Assembly (NCBI GenBank): GCA_963726265.1 | Contig: CAVSBQ010000002.1 | Span: 224,001-288,000, forward strand | Direction: 5' to 3' | Source: Candidatus Aenigmatarchaeota archaeon | GTDB taxonomy: Archaea > Aenigmatarchaeota > Aenigmatarchaeia > QMZP01 > QMZT01 | DNA length: 64,000 bases | Shown here: positions 58,407-64,000 of the stretch, piece after piece | Numbering within the stretch: position 1 is the first letter of the stretch | Layout: every line of letters starts with the position of its first letter | Made by a program: the position numbers and the translations under genes | Notes under the pieces: model-generated | The model's input: only the letters and a program-made list of their open reading frames with translations | Told to the model about the DNA's origin: nothing | Database searches by the model: none

Positions 58407-59889
58407 AGTTTTTCCCGCCTTTATATTCAGGATTCGGAATTCGTGAATTCGCGTTTCTGATCAAATCATAATTTTGTATGTCGTTTAAGTTGTCGTATAA
58501 TTTGCACCACAATCTTTTGACGAACTCGTTTTGTTCGCTGTCTGCCTTTTGCTTTATCTCCGATACGGTTCTTTCCGGATTATCGTAAAAATTCCTTCTG
58601 ACCTGTTTTTCAAGAAGTTTATAGAATTCATGTTCTAGGCGAGGGTCCTGATCAAGGAATTCTGGCGGTATCCGCCTAATATAATCTTCTGCCGGGAGAT
58701 TGGACCTGCCCACCGTTATATCGCCAAGGTATGGCCCCAAGGACCAAACGGAGAATTTGACAGAACCCGGTATCATCCTCGACACTATATGGTTGAAAAC
58801 GTATTCCTTGCTTTCATGGCCGTTTTCTCCGAAAGAAGAAAGGATGGCGCTAATGGTTTCTCTCAGTCTTTCATCACTTTTGATATAATCTGTGAAATCT
58901 TGTGAAGATTCAAATTTTCTGAAAGATCTCTTATATCTTGGATGCAGAACATCCTTTCTTTGAGCAAGTTCTTCTTCTGATAAACCCTGTTCTTTGAGAG
59001 AAGTATATTTTTGAATTGCCCGCTTCATGATATTTTTTACAGTTGCACCACTCAAACCGGCATATCTGGCAATTTTTTCGAAGTTATCGGTTGTTGTATA
59101 TAGTTTTTCCAGAACAATATCAACTTGTTCTTGAAGAATACCTCCTCCTAGCCTTCGATATTTTGGATTTAGTTTTCCTTCTTCTATTAATTGTTCCATA
59201 ATTCTTCGCACAGCATTAAAATCTAGACCGATATCCTTACTAATTTTTTTGATGTTATCATGTGTAGTCGATAATTTTTCAAAAATAATGTCAACCTGTC
59301 TTTTAACAATACGTCCTACTCTTAGGTATTGTGAGTCTAGTTTTCCTTCTTCTATCAATTTTTGCATAATTTTTCGAACAGTTGTATCATCTAGACTAAT
59401 ATCTTTGCTAATTTTTACTAGGCTATCGTTAGTTGTGGAGAGTTTTTCTAGGATAATGTCAACTTGTTCTTGAACAATACTATTTGGTAATCTTAAATAT
59501 TTTGGATGTAATACGTCATTTCTTTTTAGCAGTTCTCCATCGGAAAGACCTTGCTCTTTTAGTAAAAGATATTTTTGTATTGCGTTGTTCATAATTTTCT
59601 TTACAAGTTCATCAGATCTTTCAATATCTTTGCCGATTTTTTTTAAACTATCATGGGTTGTCGAAAGTTTTTCTAAAAGAACACCAACTTCTTCTGATGT
59701 AATATATCTTCGGTGTCTTCGATATTTTGGATCTAATTTTCCTTCTTTTATTGACTGCTCCATTATTTTTTTTAGATAATAGTGATTGTATAATGCAACC
59801 TCTCTGCCAATTTTTGCTAGGCTATCGTTAGTTGTGGAGAGTTTTTCTATCACTTTTTCTTCTATTTTTTTTGATATTCTTTTTGGCAT
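58393..59889 (-). CDS. Protein with five tandem HTH-like repeats (possibly the N-terminus of the SNF2 protein)
   Basis: Five repeats of EKL(S/Y)TTxDxxxKIxxxxxxxxxxVxxIM...KYxR. Confidence 0.8.
   Translation of the reverse strand: MPKRISKKIEEKVIEKLSTTNDSLAKIGREVALYNHYYLKKIMEQSIKEGKLDPKYRRHRRYITSEEVGVLLEKLSTTHDSLKKIGKDIERSDELVKKIMNNAIQKYLLLKEQGLSDGELLKRNDVLHPKYLRLPNSIVQEQVDIILEKLSTTNDSLVKISKDISLDDTTVRKIMQKLIEEGKLDSQYLRVGRIVKRQVDIIFEKLSTTHDNIKKISKDIGLDFNAVRRIMEQLIEEGKLNPKYRRLGGGILQEQVDIVLEKLYTTTDNFEKIARYAGLSGATVKNIMKRAIQKYTSLKEQGLSEEELAQRKDVLHPRYKRSFRKFESSQDFTDYIKSDERLRETISAILSSFGENGHESKEYVFNHIVSRMIPGSVKFSVWSLGPYLGDITVGRSNLPAEDYIRRIPPEFLDQDPRLEHEFYKLLEKQVRRNFYDNPERTVSEIKQKADSEQNEFVKRLWCKLYDNLNDIQNYDLIRNANSRIPNPEYKGGKNYGKI
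58920..59865 (-). repeat. Degenerate intragenic tandem repeats (about 170-225 nt units)
   Basis: GGCTATCGTTAGTTGTGGAGAGTTTTTCTA occurs at about 59421 and 59820, with related copies between and around them. Confidence 0.8.
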
Positions 59890-60075
59890 TTGTTCACCAA
59901 ATTAACTACTATTTAATGATTATTAGAAAGGTTTATAAATCACTAGAATCCGGCAATTTGGACTATTTAGAGTTTCGTATCAAGGTTATCGCTCCATGTC
60001 GAATTAACCTGCATACAATCTGGGGAATCTGGGAAAATCTTTTTTATGCAACTCCACCTATTAGTATTGTTCTAT

Positions 60076-60678
60076 ATGCATGGCAAGTTCATCGTCTTCG
60101 AGGGGATTGACAAGTCGGGCAAGGCTACGCAGGCGAAGCTGCTGTGCGAACACCTACACGCGAAAGGCGCGCACGTGGTTTACACGGCAGAGCCGAGCCC
60201 GAACAACCCGGCCGGAAGGCTGATAAAGGACTGGCTGGCCGGCAGGTTAGAAATGACGAGCGGCGAGGCGATAACGCTGCTCTACACGGCCGATCGCTTC
60301 GAACATCTGAAGAGGGTGATACTGCCCAACATCGCGGAGGGCAGGAATGTCGTGTGCGACCGCTACTTCTACTCGACCATTGCATACGAATCGGCGATTT
60401 TCAACATTGATGCGGCATGGATAAAGAAGCTGCACGAGAACGTGCGCAAGCCTGATCTCGTGATTTACATCGACATAGCGCCCGATGTCTCGCTGGCGCG
60501 AAAGCGCAGTCGACCAGACGACCGCCTCGAGAAGGTCGAGCTGCTGCGCAAGGTGAGGGATGCATATCACAGGATGGCGAAGGACGAGGGCTTCTTTGTC
60601 GTGGACGGCGACCGGACGAAGGACGAGGTGTTTGCAGACGTGAAGAAAATCTGCGAGAGGTTTCTGGAAATCAGATAA
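60076..60678 (+). CDS. tmk: Thymidylate kinase
   Basis: FIVFEGIDKSGKATQ, LLYTADR, DRYFYSTIAY, PDLVIYID. Confidence 0.95.
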   Translation: MHGKFIVFEGIDKSGKATQAKLLCEHLHAKGAHVVYTAEPSPNNPAGRLIKDWLAGRLEMTSGEAITLLYTADRFEHLKRVILPNIAEGRNVVCDRYFYSTIAYESAIFNIDAAWIKKLHENVRKPDLVIYIDIAPDVSLARKRSRPDDRLEKVELLRKVRDAYHRMAKDEGFFVVDGDRTKDEVFADVKKICERFLEIR

Positions 60679-60726
60679 CAATGACAACAATGAAGAGATT
60701 TATAAAACCAAAAATGATATTAATAT

Positions 60727-61842
60727 ATGGGCCACCAGATTAGAGCACCGAAAGGCAATAACGCCGTCAACGGTGGCAACGACAGCAACGGCAAGGACAA
60801 GTATGAAGGCCGCGGCTTCTGCGCAGCGCTTTACAAGCAGGGCAGGACCAAGCGCATGGAATCCAGCAACGTCAAAGACTTCTTCCCCATGATTTCGAAG
60901 GCGACGGTTGCATGGATAGATTACGTCGTGAACGACTTTGAAGACGAAAGCCTGGAGGCCGCCACGTCGCTGGGCTTCAGCAAGCTTCTCGTCAAAAACA
61001 TGATAAAATGCACCGCCAGCGGCTACGAAGATTTCGTCAACGAGGTCGGCGTGTTCCTGCCGGCGATGCGCGTCGACGGCTTCGAGGTGAGCCTGGATCC
61101 GCTGCTCATATTCATAAAGAAAAACGTCATGGTCACCATACACTCCAAGGAGACCAAAAGATTCTTCCGAGTGAGGCGATACGCAGAAACGCTCCTGCGC
61201 AAGCTGCCGCGCAAAACCCTGCAGACGGACAAGATGACCCTCCTTCTCATGCGCATCATCGACGAGAACAACGCGCGCAACTTCGACCACCTGAGGGAAA
61301 TCGAGGAGCAGGGCGACAAGATGAGCGAGGACCTTTCGGACCCCAAAACGCCGAGGCAGATACTTGGCCCGAAGATTCACCAGATGAAGCACGCGCTCAT
61401 AGTCTACCTGGGCGGGCTGTGGTCGACCGTGGACACGCTGAACTCGCTGCGCTACGGCGACGCGGACCTGCTCACGGACAATACGAGGATACTGGACAGG
61501 CTCGGCGGCCTGGTCGGCGAGGTCCATTCCCAGATCGGCCTGGCGGAGCACCTCAGCGAGGTCCTGGCGAGCGGCCTGGAAGTCCTGCAGTCGATTTACA
61601 ATAACCAGCTCCAGATCCTGAACAACAGGCTCGCGCTGCTCGTTTCTTACCTGACCATCATCGGTACCGCGCTGCTCGTGCCGAACACCATAGCGACGGT
61701 CGCCGGCAACTCCATGTTCAATTTCACAAAAGACGACGTGGGCTGGTATCTCACGCTCATAGTCGTTTCGACCGTTGTCGCGACCGCATTTTCCTGGTGG
61801 GCGCTGAAGAAGGTGCACCTGCTGCCCAGCAAGCCCGAATGA
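60727..61842 (+). CDS. corA: CorA family divalent cation transporter
   Basis: CorA-like soluble domain plus two C-terminal TMs with divergent GNSMFN loop. Confidence 0.8.
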   Translation: MGHQIRAPKGNNAVNGGNDSNGKDKYEGRGFCAALYKQGRTKRMESSNVKDFFPMISKATVAWIDYVVNDFEDESLEAATSLGFSKLLVKNMIKCTASGYEDFVNEVGVFLPAMRVDGFEVSLDPLLIFIKKNVMVTIHSKETKRFFRVRRYAETLLRKLPRKTLQTDKMTLLLMRIIDENNARNFDHLREIEEQGDKMSEDLSDPKTPRQILGPKIHQMKHALIVYLGGLWSTVDTLNSLRYGDADLLTDNTRILDRLGGLVGEVHSQIGLAEHLSEVLASGLEVLQSIYNNQLQILNNRLALLVSYLTIIGTALLVPNTIATVAGNSMFNFTKDDVGWYLTLIVVSTVVATAFSWWALKKVHLLPSKPE

Positions 61843-61917
61843 GACGAACGACGAACATGGGAATGCAACCAATAAATACAACCCATGACAACATTAGGGT
61901 ATCGGATTATGGGTGTT

Positions 61918-62676
61918 ATGTTCTCTAAAATCTTCATCTCGTGGAAGAAGGATTACGGCGAGAAGGTCGCGCTCAAGGTTTTGTCCATACTCAGGCAATA
62001 CGCCATCCCATACGCTTTCGACGAACCGAAAGACTGTGACCTCGCGATACTCATAGGCGGCGACGGCACGCTGCTTAAGCACCAGTCATCGCTGGAGTGC
62101 CCCATCCTCGGCATAAACCCCGGCAAGTCTGTGGGGCATTACATGACCATGACCAACGGCGACTTCGAGCGGAAGCTGGGTAAGGTCATCGACGGAGAGG
62201 AAGGGAAGGATTTTTTCATCAGGGCATATCCGAGGCTGGAAGCGAGCATAAACAGGACGCCGGTCCCGTTCCTGGCGCTCAACGAGGTGCTGATATCGCC
62301 CATTTACGTAAGAAGAACGTTTGACTCCGAACTGACGACCGGGAGCAGGAAAACGAAGGAAAGGAACTCCGGCATACTGGTCTACACGCCGGACGGCTCT
62401 TACGCGTATGCCGGCTCTGCCGGAGCGAAATCGCTTAAGGCGGAAGCGAAATTCGGCGTGGCCGCCATCGCTCCTTACTGGGGCAGGCTGAAGAAAGGCG
62501 AAATCACGCTTAAAGACGGCTGTACGACCGTCAAATGCCTTACTGACGAAGGCGAGCTCTGCGTGGACGGTCAGGAGGAGCAGCTCTGCAGGCTAAAAGA
62601 GAACGACGTCGTGAGCGTGAAGAGAAGCAGGAAGCCTGCCAAGATAATCTGCTTCACCAAACATAAAAAGGCCTGA
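61918..62676 (+). CDS. nadK: NAD(+) kinase
   Basis: IGGDGTLL, LGINPG, ALNE, TP.GS.AY..SAG, VDG. Confidence 0.9.
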   Translation: MFSKIFISWKKDYGEKVALKVLSILRQYAIPYAFDEPKDCDLAILIGGDGTLLKHQSSLECPILGINPGKSVGHYMTMTNGDFERKLGKVIDGEEGKDFFIRAYPRLEASINRTPVPFLALNEVLISPIYVRRTFDSELTTGSRKTKERNSGILVYTPDGSYAYAGSAGAKSLKAEAKFGVAAIAPYWGRLKKGEITLKDGCTTVKCLTDEGELCVDGQEEQLCRLKENDVVSVKRSRKPAKIICFTKHKKA

Positions 62677-62778
62677 TTCTGCGTTTTTTTACCCCAGAAC
62701 AGCGAATTTTACTATATTAATTAATAAAGGACCCGCCAAAAGGAGAAAGATTTATATAGGTGCAGCCAATTATGATGT

Positions 62779-63105
62779 ATGAACAAAGAAGCAATCGGTA
62801 GATACGCATTTATCGTTGGACTAGTGATTTCAGTGATTGCAGGGTTTGTCAGCATAGGTGCTACGGGACTCGCGGCACTGGTCGTTCTGGGGCTCATCGT
62901 TGGGTTCCTTAACGTGACTGGCGCAGAGGTGCAGAAGTTCCTTATGGGAACGATTGCGCTGATGCTTGTCGGCTCGGTGCTGGGCGTCGTGCTCAATGCG
63001 CTCCCATATGTGCCAGGGATACTTTCAGCATTCACATCATTCGTGGCAGGAGCAGCATTGCTAGTATCGCTCAAGGAAGTCTACACGATAACCAAAACCC
63101 AGTGA
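62779..63105 (+). CDS. Small membrane protein
   Basis: GLIVGFLNVT..E...FL motif; four hydrophobic segments. Confidence 0.75.
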   Translation: MNKEAIGRYAFIVGLVISVIAGFVSIGATGLAALVVLGLIVGFLNVTGAEVQKFLMGTIALMLVGSVLGVVLNALPYVPGILSAFTSFVAGAALLVSLKEVYTITKTQ

Positions 63106-63179
63106 TCTTAGAGACGAACAACGATAACAGTTTCCTTTTTCTTTTTATTTTACCGAAAACCGAAAGCTTTATATGTATT

Positions 63180-63195
63180 ATGAATATATATTCAT
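63180..63195. promoter_or_regulatory. Perfect 16-bp palindrome, candidate operator
   Basis: ATGAATATATATTCAT just downstream of TTTATAT (about 63168-63174). Confidence 0.55.
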
Positions 63196-63226
63196 TATGA
63201 GAATAAATTTATCGGGAGGTGAAAAT

Positions 63227-63445
63227 ATGCCAAGAGGAGACGGAACAGGCCCTAACGGAAAGGGACCAGCAGGATGGGGCATGGGACCTTGCGGACGTGG
63301 TAATGGGAGAAGGTTTTGGGCGTGCAGACCTTTTAATGCAGACCCTGCCAGAGCGGACGACAAGGAATTCCTCAAAAAAGAGAAGGAAATACTCGAAAAA
63401 GAAATCGAGATGATAGACAAAAGGTTAAAAGAACTTGAAAAATAA
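63227..63445 (+). CDS. DUF5320 family protein
   Basis: MPRGDGTGP.G.GP.G.G.GPC plus C-terminal coiled coil; GGAGG ribosome-binding site. Confidence 0.85.
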   Translation: MPRGDGTGPNGKGPAGWGMGPCGRGNGRRFWACRPFNADPARADDKEFLKKEKEILEKEIEMIDKRLKELEK

Positions 63446-63453
63446 GATAAAAT

Positions 63454-63792
63454 ATGCCACCGAGGCCTAGGATACAAAGAAGGGTTTTCTGTAATCCGGA
63501 ATTCACCTACTTCAAACCGGCAGGTGCAAGAATAGTGGAGCTGGAAGAAATCGTCCTGACCGTTGATGAGTTCGAAGCTATAAGACTGAGGGACCACGAG
63601 GGGCTGGAGCAGACGCAAGCGGCTGAAAAAATGGGCATCTCCCAGCCTACCTTCCAGCGGCTTTACGAGAGCGCCAGGAAGAAGATAGCCGACGCGATCG
63701 TGAACGGCAAGGCGATAAAAATAGAAGGCGGTTCTTATAAAATAACGAGAGGCAGAGGCTTCGGAAGAAGATTCCGCGGCAGAATGGATTAG
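63454..63792 (+). CDS. DUF134 family HTH protein
   Basis: RPR..R.V, FKP.G, L.VDEFEAIRL.D.EGL.Q..AA.KMGISQPTF.R...AR.KIADA.VNGKAI.IEGG. Confidence 0.93.
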   Translation: MPPRPRIQRRVFCNPEFTYFKPAGARIVELEEIVLTVDEFEAIRLRDHEGLEQTQAAEKMGISQPTFQRLYESARKKIADAIVNGKAIKIEGGSYKITRGRGFGRRFRGRMD

Positions 63793-63816
63793 CAGCTATA
63801 CCTTATTTTCTGAAAA

Positions 63817-64000
63817 TCACCCGAACAGGAAGAACTCGATGGCGAGCACGCCGCAGGCGGCGAGGATGACCAGGGGTATGACCAGCAGGCCGAGCTCCGC
63901 GAAGCCGCGATACGTTATGGCCTGATCCTTGTCCTTCAGGATCTTCACCCACATTATGCCCGCGAGCGCGCCTATCAGCGTGATGTTCGCCCCGAGGTTG
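63817..64000 (-). CDS. ArsB/NhaD-family transporter, C-terminus (runs off window end)
   Basis: NLGANITLIGALAGIMW...GFAELGLLVIPLVILAACGVLAIEFFLFG*. Confidence 0.75.
   Translation of the reverse strand, partial: NLGANITLIGALAGIMWVKILKDKDQAITYRGFAELGLLVIPLVILAACGVLAIEFFLFG

Noticed and set aside
58920..59865. CRISPR array
   Set aside because: The repeats are degenerate, long-period and in-frame protein repeats; there are no identical short repeats with unique spacers and no cas genes.
60700..61881. Long antisense ORFs (also 1068-1871, 11424-12212, 41504-42295, 46688-47566)
   Set aside because: They are shadows of GC3-rich real genes on the opposite strand and carry no recognisable motifs.

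Overview
This is an archaeal chromosomal segment, shown by L14e, L34e, Alba, deoxyhypusine synthase, CarS, archaeal TyrRS/TrpRS, TATA-type promoters and tRNAs with bulge-helix-bulge (BHB) introns. The many short class III signal-peptide genes suggest a DPANN-type lineage such as Aenigmarchaeota or Woesearchaeota, which is an inference only. Many genes, including housekeeping ones, carry single-base frameshifts, most likely long-read consensus errors, so several CDS calls are stitched across frames. Three AT-richer accessory blocks stand out. (1) 2185-6894 encodes an NDK/kinase fusion, a Gfo/Idh/MocA dehydrogenase, a DegT aminotransferase, a NUDIX hydrolase, an NMP-kinase remnant and an HD hydrolase. 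Its core has the same family set as the Pur10/Pur4/Pur7 3'-amino-3'-deoxynucleotide module, making it a candidate chain-terminator (antiviral or antibacterial) pathway in an archaeon. (2) 32627-40150 is a cluster of about 11 pilin-like genes, one fused to a frameshift-hidden lytic transglycosylase and one to an M23 peptidase, i.e. peptidoglycan-cutting domains on a putative archaeal pilus. (3) 55340-59889 encodes a five-repeat HTH array protein, an SNF2 helicase-SAM methyltransferase fusion and a divergent MPG/AAG glycosylase, a candidate defence or DNA-modification system. The window also holds bacterial-type nrdR with tandem NrdR boxes over an archaeal promoter, three tRNAs with four introns (37/38 twice, D-loop, T-loop), candidate ncRNAs and operators, tandem carbonic-anhydrase-like paralogs and a cluster of RNA/DNA end-healing genes. 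No CRISPR array, rRNA, integrase or transposase was seen.
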